DNA of 64,000 nucleotides. Origin: Chiloscyllium plagiosum (Eukaryota). The number at the start of each line of letters is the position of its first letter. Within the stretch, counting starts at the first letter, position 1. Position numbers and translations under genes: made by a program. The stretch covers positions 17,023,849 to 17,087,848 of the forward strand of contig NC_057720.1 of assembly GCF_004010195.1 (NCBI RefSeq), given 5' to 3'. The notes beneath the pieces were generated by a model. The model was not told the DNA's origin and searched no databases. It saw only the letters and a program-made list of their open reading frames with translations. Shown here in pieces: positions 39,436-52,100 of this stretch.

Positions 39436-40468
39436 CAAATATGAGGTCCCATTGCTCAGATTGGTCTGGAATTGGGGATCATTGTAGTTCACTCCAAATA
39501 GATTGTGCTATCTAATCCTAAAGTGCTATTCTCAACACAAATGGAGCAGGCAAAGAGGGGATGGAATGGATTCCCTGATGAGCTGGAAGAGCAGCTATAG
39601 TTTTTCAAGAGGAACATGAATGCTGTGAGCACCAGAAACATTACCTTTAAGTGATAGAGCAGTGCAGGGTTGGGTGCAACAAACCAGGCAGGATTCACTC
39701 GACATAAACTTCCAACAAATGTCCCTTGGGTGAGGTCATCACACATTGACGATAAATTTGTTGTTGCTTGAAAGGCAAGCAGTATCAATTTGTTCCCAGA
39801 AAGAACTGCAGCATTTTTTTTTGTTTGTATTTTCTTTGTCATTTCTCTCGTTCAATAATGGCTTAGATTTTCAACTGACGGCTTTCAAACATGCGATGCT
39901 CCCACATTGAAAAATGAGAAAGTGTTTTGCGAATTAAGGAGAAAAGCAACACTTCTTCGGACAGAGTATCCACACAGTATCGCTAAAACAAGGAGCATCT
40001 GCAGCTTCATTCTTGCAAGTTGGTCAGAGACAAGATGCTGAAAAGAGACAAATATTTATGACCATCAGATTCCATTTACAATGACGTGCCCTCAAAAGTG
40101 TTGCTTTTTCATTTCCCTTCCCCTATGAGTGCACATGAGTTGTAACTATGGCATTTGTAACATGAATACTGGAAGATCCCAGCAGAGGGGAGTACTTCTG
40201 CCATTGATGAGCACATGATAGTGGGAGAGCAGGAGGAGTGTGAGTACATGCAGTGCTGTGTGCATAATGAGGTGTGCATTGGAGAATAGTGCTAGATCTC
40301 ATGGAACGAAACTGTCCATGAAACTCCCAGAAATTGGCACTTTTTGGACAATTCTATCCAAGATCTTTATTACTTGAAATATAAATTTCCTCTGCCTCTT
40401 TAAGATGCTATTAATTTTGTTTATGTCCATATTTTTATTCTGATAGACACTGGAAAGATAGGATTTAT

Positions 40469-40680
40469 AGGTGAAAGTGAGGACTAAAGATGCTGGAGAG
40501 TTGAAAAAACATGGCGCTGGAGAAAGCACAGCAGGTCAGGCAGCATCCAAGGAGCAGGAGAATCAATGTTTTAGGCGTAACCCTCTATCCTGAAGAAGGG
40601 TTATGCCCAAAACATTGATCCTCTTACTCCTCGGATGCTGCCTGACCTGCCGTGCTTTCTCCAGCGCCACGCTTTTTCAA
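40469..40680. mobile_element. Palindromic PLE-end mini-element
   Basis: 40501-40584 is an inverted repeat of ~40597-40680; hammerhead-like core in the centre; flanks aagataggatttat / aagatagtgtttat. Confidence 0.75.
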
Positions 40681-40876
40681 GATAGTGTTTATTATTACCC
40701 ATCTCTCTGGGATTTAAGGCATCCAGCAAATATAGTGGTGAATTTTCCTTGGAGCCAGCCATCAGTTGATCAGATTCAACCAACACAATTTTGCAATTTT
40801 CCTTGGTGGAATGAGTTTGACCAGTACCATACAGGACATGGGTGAAATACCATTTTCATTTTTGTTCATTCTCACG

Positions 40877-41284
40877 GCATGGTGCTGCCTTCCAAGCAGT
40901 TGGCTCAGGTTTGATTCCAGGCCGTCACATGTTCAGAATTTATGGTCAACACAGTAGCTCAGTGGTTAACAAAGCTGCCTCACAACGCCAGGAGCTGGGC
41001 TCGATTCCACCCTTGGGTGTCTGTCTGTATGCAGTTTGCATGTTCTCCCTGTGTCTATGTGGGTTTTCTCCAGGTTCTCTGCTTTCCTCCCACACTTCAA
41101 AGATATGCAGTTTAGTGGATTGGCCATGCTAATTTGCCAAGTGTCCAGGGATGTGCAGGCTCTGTGGATTAGCTACGGTAAATGCAGGGTAAAGTGGTGG
41201 GTCTGGGTGGGATGCTCTTTGGAGGATTGGTGTGGGCTCGATGGACCAAATAGCTTGCTTCCAAACTGTAGGGATATTATGATT
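40877..41284 (+). mobile_element. Composite tRNA-Gly(TCC) fragment + spacer + HE1-type SINE
   Basis: gctgccttccaagcagttggctcaggtttgattccaggcc, then gttcagaatttatggtcaa (shared with ~26314-26332), then HE1 body. Confidence 0.75.
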
Positions 41285-42534
41285 GTTTTCAGCAACCACT
41301 TTGGGAGTTACACATTGGCCCATCTCTTGGAGCAGATCCATTTGCAAAAATGGTATGCAAGCAGGCAAATATGTGATCGTAATATCTTGCAGTTTATGAG
41401 CTTACAATAATGGTTGCTGTCAGTGCTTTGTGTTCTCAGCTGCTCAAGTCCCACATTGCAGCTGACTGCAAATATATTATTTACCATAATTCACTCAATT
41501 CAATTGGATAGGTGGGAGGGAAAAACAAATCTCGAAACTGCAGTGAGAGAAGTGTTCCTCCCTTTATAGCAAATTATTTAATGTTTAATAACAATAAAAT
41601 CAATCCTGACAATATGATACTTAGTCCTTCAACTATTTCCATATCATGTTTTCACAAAGCATTCAGAATATGAGGCATTCATTTATTTATTACTGAGTTG
41701 GAGAATTAAGCTAAGTGGAAGTTGGCAAAAACTGACACAATCAAGTCAATGACTCAAAAAGCTTTACACCAGACCAGGATCAAGACTAATACCACGAGGA
41801 ATTTGGAACAGCATTCCTTACCACAGTAGGGAGTGACCCAAAAAGTGACGGTTGTGGGTGTTTTGGGACCTGTTTGAGATTTTCCTTAATGTCTCACACT
41901 CTTATGAAGACTGAACCACATCCCATCTGGCACAGTTGTACACAGCTTGAGAAGGTTTGAAACTGGATTTAATTTTTTCAACATGCCACTCACACTTTGA
42001 TAGAAATCCAGGGATTTAAATGCCACAGAACACAGTTTTAAACCCTCTTGTAGATTAGCTTAGGAAATCACGAGGCTTGGTTGGATGTAGAAATTCCTTC
42101 AGCCCATCTAATATAACACAACCATCGAATAACCATTAACCGGCCAGTCCCTAATCATAATCATCCATGCAAACATTCGACCTATTGCCTGTGTTGACTT
42201 TTTGCCCCAGACTGCAATGGAACATCTTAACTAGGACGGCATCCTAGCTGTTTTCTGATCCTTGGTGATATTTCCCATCTTCAAGCGGGTGAGCCGTGTA
42301 GCTTTAACACAATGAAAGAGCGTGTATAAAAGGGTCAGTGGTTGTGTTCGATACTTCAAATTCTAATTCCAAACTGAGCATTAGATATAATCATTGCCTA
42401 GACACCGAGAATGCAAGCAGAATTGTATGCCAGAGGTGTTTTTGCTTTGTTCCTGATACTGGTGAATTTGTTCCACTTCAGCAGCCATTACAAACACTGC
42501 CTGAACTCTCAGTAACCTCAGCCTTTACCGACAC

Positions 42535-44325
42535 TTCTTTTAAATTCATTTTTGTCGGATGTGGGTGTTGCTGGCCGGTCAGCATTTATTGCCCATCCCT
42601 AGTTGCCCTTGAGAAGGTGGTGGTGAGCTGCCTTCTTGAACTGTTGCAGTCCACCTGCTGTGGGTTGACCGACAATGCCCATAGGGAAGGAATTCCAACA
42701 TTTTGACCCAGTGATATATATCCAAGTCAGGATGGTGAGTAGCTTGGAGGGGAACTTGAAGGTGATAGTGTTCCCATGTACCTGCTACCCTTGTTCTTCT
42801 AGATGGAAGTGGTCGTGGGTTTGGAAGGTGCTGTCTGAGGATCTTTGGTGAATTTCTGCAGTGCATCTTGTAGACATTACACACAGCTGCTACTGAGCTT
42901 CAATGGTGGAGGGATGTTTGTGAATGTGATGCCATTCAAGCAGACCGCTTTGTCTTAAATGGTGTCAGGCTTCTTGAGTATTGTTGGAGCTGCACCCATC
43001 CAGGCAAGTGGGGAGTTTTCCATCACATTCCTGACTTGGGCCTTGTAAATGGTGGACAGGCTTTTAGGAGTCAGGAGGTGAGTTTCTCACTGCAGCATTC
43101 CTAGCTTCTGACCTGCTCTTGTAGCCACTATGCTTATGTGGTAGCTCCAATTGAGTTTCTGGTCAATGATGACCCCAAGAATGTTTGTAGTGGGGGTTTT
43201 GGTGATGGTAACGACATTAAATGTTAAAGGGCGGTGGTTAGATTGTCTCTTATTGGTGATGGTCACAGCCTGGCATTTATGTGGTGTGAATGTTTCTTGC
43301 CACTTGTTGGCCCAAGCCTGGATATTGTTCAGATCTTGTTGCAGTTGAGCAGTGATTGCTTCAGTATCTGAGGAGTCATGAATGGTGCTGAACATTGTAG
43401 AGTCATTGGCAAACATCTCCACTTCTGACCTCATGATGGAAGGAAGGTCATTGATGAAGCAGCTGAAGATGGTTGGGCCTAGAACACTACCCTGAGGAAC
43501 GTATGCAGAGATGTCCTGGAGCTGAGATGACTGACTTCCAACAATCACAACCATCTTTCTATGTACCAGGTATGACTCCTGCCAGCAGAGAGTTTTGTCA
43601 ATGATACCCTTTGATTGCTAGGGCTCCTTGATGCCACACTGAGTCAAATGCATCCTTGATATTAAGGACTGTTAGTCACACTGCCCTCTGGAATTCAACT
43701 GTTTTGTCCATGTTTGAACAAAGGCTGTAATGAGGTCAGGAGCTGAGTGGTCCTGGTGGAACCCAAACTGGATGTCACTAAGCAGGTTATTGCTGAGCAG
43801 ATGCTGCTTGATAATACTGTTGATCACACCTTCCATCACTTTTTTGATATCACGAATAAACTGCTGGGCAGGTAAATAGCCAGGTTGGATTTGTCCTGTA
43901 ATTTATGTACAGGATATACCTGGACAATTTTCTACATTGTCAGGTAGATGCCAGTGTTGTAACTGTACTGGAAAAGCTTGGTTAGGGGAGTGGCAAGTTC
44001 TGGAACATATCTTCAGATTATTCCCGGAATGTTGTCAATGTTGACGATGGAGATACTTGTGGAGCGTTTTCCTCAAGTGAGTTGTTCAATTGTCCTCTAT
44101 CAATCTCGACTGCATGTACCAAGACTATGAAGCTTAGATCTGATCTGTTGGTTGTGGGATTGCTTAGCTCTGACTATCACTTGCTGGTTAGACTGGCTTG
44201 CAGGTTGTCCTGTTTGGTAGCTTCACCACATTGATACCTCATTTTCAGGTATGCCTGGTGCTGCTCCTGGCATGGCCTCCTGCACTCTCCATTGAACCAG
44301 GGTTGAATCCCTGGTTTGATGATAA
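42535..44325 (-). mobile_element. Zenon-like LINE, 3' ~1.8 kb with internal deletions
   Basis: ORF track VPQGSVLGPTIFSCFINDLPSIMRSEVEMFAND...RAGQKLG. Confidence 0.88.
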
Positions 44326-44694
44326 TTGAAATAACTCCACAGAGACCAGTATCCTGTCAGCAAGTCACCCTTTATTTATGTGTGCATAGTACTTGACACT
44401 AGGGGGATGCAACTTCCTCAGACCAGTTCTCAGAGTGAGCAGAATCTCTGACACTCCATTTTATATCTGTCAGCCAGGGCTCCCTGATTTGACCAGGTTA
44501 GCAAGGAGGAGGTGATGGTCTAGTGATATCATTGGTGGACTATTAATCCAGAGACTCAGCTAATGTTCTGGGATCTGGAATTGTGAATCTAATGCTGTTG
44601 ATTGTCAGAAAAACCCATCTGGTTCACTAAGGTCCTTTAGGGAAGGAAACTGCAATCCTTACCTGGTCCTTATCTTGTCTTACCTGGTCCTTAC

Positions 44695-45639
44695 CTTATC
44701 CTCAAGGCAGACTTCGGGATAGGCAGCAGCGAAAATTGGCTGAGCAGAGGCTGATAGTTAAGTTCGGTACCCATAGGGAGGGCCTCAACCGGGACCTTGG
44801 GTCCATGTCACACTACAGGTGACCCCCATTGCACTATACACACACACAGACACTACTACACACATACACTCTCTCTCACACACACAGGCACTCCTATACA
44901 CACATGCACATGGACACACATGTACGCAGACACGCACACAGACACCCACACACACCCTTACAGACATACACACTCCCACACTCACACATGCACCCCCTCA
45001 CAGACTTAAGACACTCTACACTCACTACGCACACACATACACTTTCTCACACTCACAACCCCCAACCCAGGCAGACACGTACACACAGTCAGACAAAGAC
45101 CCACATGCACACATATATTTTGTGGGGTGAATTTGTACTTGCAGGGTTACATATTACTTTGCTCAAAAACTGCATGCATTCGTGTAGAACTCTGAGCACA
45201 AAAACTGCATGAATTCATGTAAAACTCCATTGTCTCACTTGTTAGATTAGAATCAATCTAAACATCATGGCATAGACAGAGAGCACAGGGGGATAACACC
45301 TTCAACATATTGTCTAGCTATCACCATTGTTAACAGCTAACTTGAATGCAACTTTAAAAAAAAAGGTTTTGTGATTTACACATGAAAGAAGTGAAACTAT
45401 CATGATATTCAAACAGATGAAAGACTTAACAGGCAATCAATTTTACAATGTATAATTTCAGTTACATCACTGTAAATTTTTGCTATAAATTCTGTGTTAG
45501 GATTCAGCCCTCCACTACCACCTGATGAAGAAGCGACGCTCCGAAAGCTAGTGCTTCCAATTAAACCTGTTGGACTACAACCTGGTGCTGTATGATTTTT
45601 AACTTTGTACATCCCAGTCCAACACTGGCATCTCCAAAT
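44695..45639 (+). mobile_element. Penelope-like element (third family) with CA-rich 3' UTR and pLTR
   Basis: LQGRLRDRQQRKLAEQRLIVKFGTHREGLNRDLG GIY-YIG end; TSD cttacctggtc at 44658-44668 and 45640-45650. Confidence 0.85.
45519..45553 (+). ncRNA. Minimal type-I hammerhead ribozyme
   Basis: CAC-CUGAUGA-aGaAGC gac GCUCC-GAAAGCUA-GUG: stem I CAC/GUG, stem II with one mismatch, palindromic AGCU stem III. Confidence 0.75.
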
Positions 45640-46309
45640 CTTACCTGGTCTGGCCTACATGTGACTCCAGACCCACAACAATGTATTTTACTCTTCACTT
45701 CCGTCTGGCCAATTCGGAATGGGCAATAAATGCTGGCCGAGCCAAAGATGCCCTCTCCCATGAATGAATTTAAAAAAAGATCCCAATCAGGGAACTCACA
45801 TTCTCTGAGGTCCACTTGGCCAACCTCATTACGATCACTACCTCCCTCCACCATGGGGATGTAGGCCCGTTCTTTTTCTTGAAGCCTCTCTTGGTATTTT
45901 CACACCCAGGTCGGTTCCTCTGACTCAGTCACGGACACAAGCAGTGTTTACCAGACTATAGCCCGCCTCATGCCCCAGAGTGTCTCAGAAGAAATTCATC
46001 CTCTTCATCAGGCGGGAAAGGGATTGAGGCTGCAAATCCATCATATCTATCTCAGACTCTGAAGTTTCTTCAATGCTACATGGAGGGGGAAAACCCATAG
46101 GTTCTGACAGCCCATCTGGCTGTTCTGAGGGGCTGGGTGTGTTTTGTTCCTGCCCCATTTGCGAGTTTGTAGCTTTCATGTGATACATATGCTTGTTCAG
46201 GACCACCTCACCAATCTGAACTTTGTACATCCTGGTACTTCACTTCATGTTTTGGTGCCTAGATTGATGACCAGGTGATGCATCCAGTTACATTTCTTTG
46301 AGACTTTGT

Positions 46310-46592
46310 AGCAATTAACACAACTGAGTGGCTTGCTCGGCCATTTCAGACGGCAGTTAAGAGTCGACCACACTGCTTAGACAAGGTGAGGATGGCGGAT
46401 TTCCTTCAAGACATTAGTGAACAAACAATCACCAATGATGTCATGGTCATCAGTAGATCCTTAATTCCGGATTTTTATTTATTGAATACAAATTCCATCA
46501 TGGTGGATTCCAGCCCAGGTAAATAACTCAGAATATTAACTGAGTTGCTGGATTAATAGTCTAGTAATAACACCACTAGACCATCGCAGCCC
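46310..46592 (-). mobile_element. tRNA-headed SINE / Zenon-like 5' end
   Basis: Matches 8893-9232 and 48922-49200. Confidence 0.65.
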
Positions 46593-48028
46593 TGCGTAAT
46601 GCTGTCGACTTATGTAGATCATCTGCATATGGCTCTTTTCAATGTCAAGACTAGCAATGTTTCCTGCCCTGTTTCCTCTGTAGCAACACTTAGTCAACAT
46701 TCCTGCCCTTACCATAGTTTCCTCTTTGCTGGCAAAATTCAGCAGCTGTTTCACTTGATTTCTTTTTATTATCGAGTTGAAGTTATAGATCAAAGCTGTC
46801 TGGTTAAACTTTGAATGTGTTCATTCAGAGGATTCAACAGAGACCACCCTCTGACATGTCAAATCTGACAAGCCTTGCGTTGCATCAACTCAAGTCTATT
46901 GTGCCAACATCTAAGCACAGGGCTTCACAGAGTCCAGCATGTAGCAAGATTGTGTTGGGGCTATAGCTTAAATTGTTCTTTCGAGTAAGGCATCTTATCG
47001 TGTACAGGAGCTAAATGCGAGAGGAAACCAGTAATTTTGATAATAGCCTTAATCAGCTGTACTGGCATTTATCCTTGGTGTTGCTCGTCCCCTCCCTTAG
47101 ATATTGTGCCTTTGTGATGTGGTGAGTTGAATAGAGAGAAAATAAATTTAGCTCGTGCTTAAAATAAATGAGCATTTCTAAAATAAAAACCGCATTAAAT
47201 CCTGAAAGCTTCAAGGGTTTAAGCAGGAGTTGGCATTGGTTGTGTTGGCTTCTCTAAGCTGTATGGCAGAGGGATACATATGTTTTAAGAATCAAAAATT
47301 AATATAGTACTTAACCTGAGAACGTCTGTCAAATGTTATTTGCTGTGCTAGAATGTAAATAATTCTATGTGCTTATAAGATCATAGGACATAAAAGTAGA
47401 ACATTCAGCCCATCACACCTGCTCTGCCATCTGAGATGAAGGCTATTTTATTAATCTTCAATTACATTTCCTTGCCTTTTATTTATAACCCTCAACTCAC
47501 TGACTCATTAAAAATCTGTCTCTCTCAACCTTAAAAAGACTTAATAACCCAACCTCCGAAGCCCTCTAAGATAAAGAATTCCAGATTCACTACTCTCAGA
47601 GAAGAAGAAATTCCACCTCATTTCTGTCCTAAATGAGTGACCCCTTACTCTGAGATTACAACTTCTGGTCCTAATGATTCCAACAAAGGGCACCAATCTT
47701 TCTGTAAACTACCCTATCAAGTCCCCAAAGACTCTTATATGATTCAATGAGATCATTCTTCCAAATGTCTCTCAGGTCTACCTATCTCTGTCTTATAAGG
47801 ATATTCAATGACTCTGTTTCCACCGTCTTTTCAGGAAGAAAATTTCAAAGACTCACAACACTTGAAAAATAAATTTCACCTCATTTTTGTTTTAAATGGG
47901 CAATGCCTGATTTATAAGCAGTGACCCCTAGTTCTACATTCTTCCATCAGAGGTAATATCTACTCTACATCTACCATGTCAGTCTAATGTGTTTCAATCA
48001 AGTTGTGATTGAAACACATTACACAATT

Positions 48029-48340
48029 GTGGGCGGCACGGTGGCACAGTGGTTAGCACTGCTGCCTCGCAGCGCCAGAGACCCGGGTTCTATTCCCGAC
48101 TCAGGCGACTGACTGTGTGGAGTTTGCACGTTCTCCCCGTGTCTGCGTGGGTTTCCTCCGGGTGCTCCGGTTTCCTCCCACAGTCCAAAGATGTGCAGGT
48201 TAGGTGAATTGGCCATACTAAATTGCCCGTAGTGTTAGGTAAGGGGTGGGTGTAGGGGTATGGGTGGGTTTCGCTTTGGCGGGTCGGTGTGGACTTGATG
48301 GGCCGAAGGGCCTGTTTCCACACTGTAATCTAATCTAATC
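48029..48340 (+). mobile_element. HE1-type SINE (young) in CR1 3' debris
   Basis: Canonical structure; TSD aatcaagttg at 47996-48005 and 48337-48346. Confidence 0.93.
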
Positions 48341-48919
48341 AAGTTGCCTTTTACACTTGTAAGCTCCAATGAATACAACCTGACCTGTCCAACCTTTCCA
48401 CATAAGACAAACCTCTCATTCCAGTTAATTGCATGGTAAACCATCTCTTAATTGCTTCCAATGCATTAACACCCTTCATTAGGTAAAATTACCAATTACT
48501 TTGCGATAGTGACTATATTTCAAAAATAAATTTAATTGGCTGGACGTGTCCTGACAGAACGAAGGGCACTATATAAATGTAAGTTTTTCTTCTCTTCATA
48601 TAGCTGGCTTGTATTTTTGGCATTTTACCATGAGATTGCGTAAACATTGGTCAGAGTGGTTTATGAGCCACCAAACAGCATTGTACAAAAGAGGAAATTA
48701 GAGGCAAATAGAGGGCAAGGGGAAGGCAATAATTGTGGTTTCTTCAATCTACAAATAGACTGGTAAATCTAATCAGAACCAATTCAGTAAAAGAAGAATT
48801 CCTGGTATGTGTGCAAAGTAGTTTTCTGGAGCACTATGTTGAGAAGTCAGCTAGGTTACAGACTATTAGATCTGATATTGTGCAATGAGAAAGGTTTAAT
48901 TAATAATATTAATGTAAAA

Positions 48920-51900
48920 GCGAAGGCAATGGCCTATTGGTATTATCACTAGACCATTAATCTAGAAACTCAGCTAATGTTTTGGCAACCCAAGTGGAAT
49001 TTGAATTTAATTAAAACAAAATCTGGAATTAAGAATTTGCTGATGGTGTGGAGGAGCTGGTGTTAGACCAGAGTGGACAAAGCTAAAAAATCACACAACT
49101 CCAGGTTATGGTCCAACAGGTTTATTTGGAAGCACGAGCTTTCAGAGCACTGTTCCTTCATCCTGATGACTCTTAGCTGCCCTCTGAAATGGCCTAGGAA
49201 ACCATTCAGTTGTACCAACTGCTACAAAGTCTCAAAATGAAAATGGAAGGATCACCTGACACCAGAGAAAACTATAGCAGAAACAGCCCTGTCGACCCTG
49301 CAAGGTCCTCCTTACTAACATCTGGGGGCTAGTGCCAAAATTGGGAGAGCTGTCTCATCGACTAGTCAAGCAACAGCCTGACATAGTCATACTCATGGAA
49401 TCATACTGCATAGACAATGTCTCAGACACCACCATCACCATCTCTGGATATGTCCTGTCCCATTGGCAGGACAGACCCAGTAGAGGTGGCAGCGCACTAG
49501 TATACAGTTGGGAAGGAGTTACCCTGGGAGTCCTCAATGTTGACTTCAGGCCCCATTGAGTCTTGTGGCTTCAGGTTAAACATGAGCAAGGAAACCTCCT
49601 GCTAATTACCACATACCGTCCTCCCTCAGCTGAGAAATTGGTATTCCTCCACGTTGAGCAACATTTAGAGGAAGCACTGACGATGGCAAGGGCAGAAAAT
49701 ATACTCTGGGTGGGGGATTTCAATATCCACCACCAAGAGTGGCTTGGCAGCAGTACCACAAATTGAGCTTGTCAGGTCCTAAAGGACATAGCTCCTAGAC
49801 TGTGGCAGGTGGTGAGGGAACCAACAAGACAGAAAAACATACTTGACGTTATCCTTAGCAAGCGTCTGGCTGCAGATGCATCTGCCATGACAGCATTGAT
49901 AAGAGCAACCACTGCACAGTCCTTGTGGAGACAAAGTCCTGCCTTCATATTGAGAATAACATCCATCATGATGTGTGGCACTATCACTGCGCTAAATGGA
50001 ACAGACTCTGAACAGATCTAGCAGCTCAAGACTGGACATCCATGAGGCACTGTGGGCCTTCAAGAGCAGCAGAATTGTACTCCAACACAATCTCTAACCT
50101 CATGGCCTGGCATATCCCCCACTCAACCATTACCATCAAGCCAGGGGATCAACCCTGGTTCAATGGAGAGTGCAGGAGGCCATGCCAGGAGCAGCACCAG
50201 GCATACGAGAAGATGAGGTGTCACCCTGGTGAAACCACCAAACAGGGCCACTTGCATGCCAAACAGAATAAGCAGCAAATGATGGACAGAGCTAACCAAT
50301 CACGCAACCAACAGATCAGATCTAAATTCTAGAGTCCTGCCACACCCAGTCGTGAATGTTGGTGGACGATTAAACAACTCACTGAAGGAGGAGACTCCAT
50401 AAATATCCCCATCCTCAATGATGGATGAGCCCAACGCATCAGTGCAAAAGATAGGGCTGAGGCATTCACAGCAAATTTCGGCCAGAGGTGCCGAGTAGAT
50501 TATCCATCTCAGCTTCCTTCGTTGGTTCCCAGCACCACAGCCACCAGACTTCAGCCAATTCGATTCACTCCACATCATATCAAGAATCAGTTGGAGACAT
50601 TAGATTCTGCAAAGGCTACAGGCCCTGACCACATTTTGGCAATAGTACTGAAGACTTGTGCTCCAGAACTTGCTGCTCCCCTTTTCCAATGCAGTTGCAA
50701 CACTGGTATATTCCCAAAGATGTGGAAAATGCCTGGGTATATCATGTACATAAAAAGCTGGACAAATCAATATGGTCAATTACCAACCCATCAGTCTACT
50801 CTCGATCATCAGTAAAATGATGGAAAGTGTGAGCAACAGCACCTGCTCAGCAATAACCTGCTCAGTGACGCCCAGTTTGGGTTCTGCCAGGGCCACTCAG
50901 CTCCTGATCTCATTACAGGCTTGGTTCAAATATGGACAAAAGAGCTGAATTCCAGAGGTGAGGTGAGAGTGACAGCCTTTGACATCAAGACTACAGTCAA
51001 CCAAGTGTGGCATCAAGGAGCCTTGGCAAAACATAATCAATGGGTATCATGGACAAAACTCTCTGCTGGTAGGAATCATATCTGGTACTTAGGAATATGG
51101 TTGCGATTGTTAGAAGTTCATCTCAGCTCCAGAGCACCTCTGTAGGAGCCCCTCAGGTTAGTGTCCCAGACCCAACCATCCAAAGCTTCATCAATGACCT
51201 TCCCTCCACCATAAGGTCAGAAGTGGGGATGTTCGGTGATGATTGCACAATGTTCAGCACCAATCATGACTCCTGAGATACTGAAGCAGTCCATGTTCAA
51301 ATGCAACAAGATCTGGACAATATCCACCTTGGGCTGACAAGTGGCAAGTAACATTCGCACCACATAAAGGCCAGGCTATGACCATCCCCAACAAGAGATA
51401 ATCTAACCACCACCCCTTGATATTCAATAATGTTAGCATCACTGAATTCCTTACTATCAATATCCTCAGAGTTATCATTGACGAGAAACACAACTGGACT
51501 CAGCATATAAACACAGGGCTACAAGAGCAGGTCAAAGGTGAGGAATGTTGTGGAGAGTTACTCACCCCCTGACTCCCCAAAACCTGTCCACCATCTACAA
51601 GGCATGAGTCAGGAGTATGATGGAATGCTCCCCACTTGCCTGGATGAGTACAATCCTAAGAACATTCAAGAAGCTTGACACCATCCAAGACAAAGCAACC
51701 TGCTTGATTGGCACTACATTCACAAGTATCCACTCCCTCCACCACCAATGCTTAGTAGCCACAGTGTGTACTATCTACAAGAAGCCCTGCAGAAATTCAC
51801 CAAAAATCCTTAGACTGAAGGAAAAGGGCAGCAGATATATGGGAACACTATCACCTTCAAGTTACCCTCTAAGCTGTTCACCTTCCTGACTTGGAAATAC

Positions 51901-52100
51901 ATCGCAATTCCTTCACTATCACTGGATCAAAATCCTGGGATTCCCTCCCCAATGGCATTGTGGGTCAACCCACAGCAGGTGGACTGCAGCAGTTCAAGAA
52001 GACAGCTCATCACCACCTTCTCAAGGGCAACTAGGGATGGGCAATAAATGCTGGCCCAGCCAGTGACACCCATATCCCACAAATGAATCAATTAAATAAA
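48920..52100 (+). mobile_element. Full-length degenerate single-ORF CR1/Zenon-like LINE with tRNA-like 5' end, inserted into an old CR1 endonuclease region
   Basis: A-box tggcctattgg; APE (NIWGLVPKLGELSHRLVKQQPDIVILMES, TYRPPS, VGDFNIHH); RT (MFGDDCT, IYKA*VRSMMEC); the host CR1 reading resumes cctttagggaatagtaaccataat. Confidence 0.85.
49045..49165 (-). mobile_element. PLE pLTR fragment with degenerate hammerhead
   Basis: Reverse complement of the 45520-45637 terminus. Confidence 0.7.

Larger units (their letters stand above)
44503..45779 (+). mobile_element. tRNA-headed SINE (Zenon derivative) split by a PLE
   Basis: Head 44503-44668, resumes at 45640 cttacctggtctggcctacatgtgactcc, ends gggcaataaatgctggcc..aaaaaaa. 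Confidence 0.78.
44327..46260 (-). mobile_element. Gypsy 3' end: integrase C-terminal remnant, polypurine tract and 3' LTR (LTR split by nested SINE and PLE)
   Basis: YKVQIGEVVLNKHMYHMK; purine tract ggagggagg at ~45850; LTR halves 45781-45842 and 44327-44502 with gatataaaa, aataaa and a terminal ..ttca. Confidence 0.6.

Noticed and set aside
39574..39600. CTGATGA-GCTG..CAGC hammerhead-like start
   Set aside because: Followed by TATAG rather than GAAA; no PLE context
44785..45212. His/Thr-rich ORFs
   Set aside because: CA-rich microsatellite in the PLE 3' UTR
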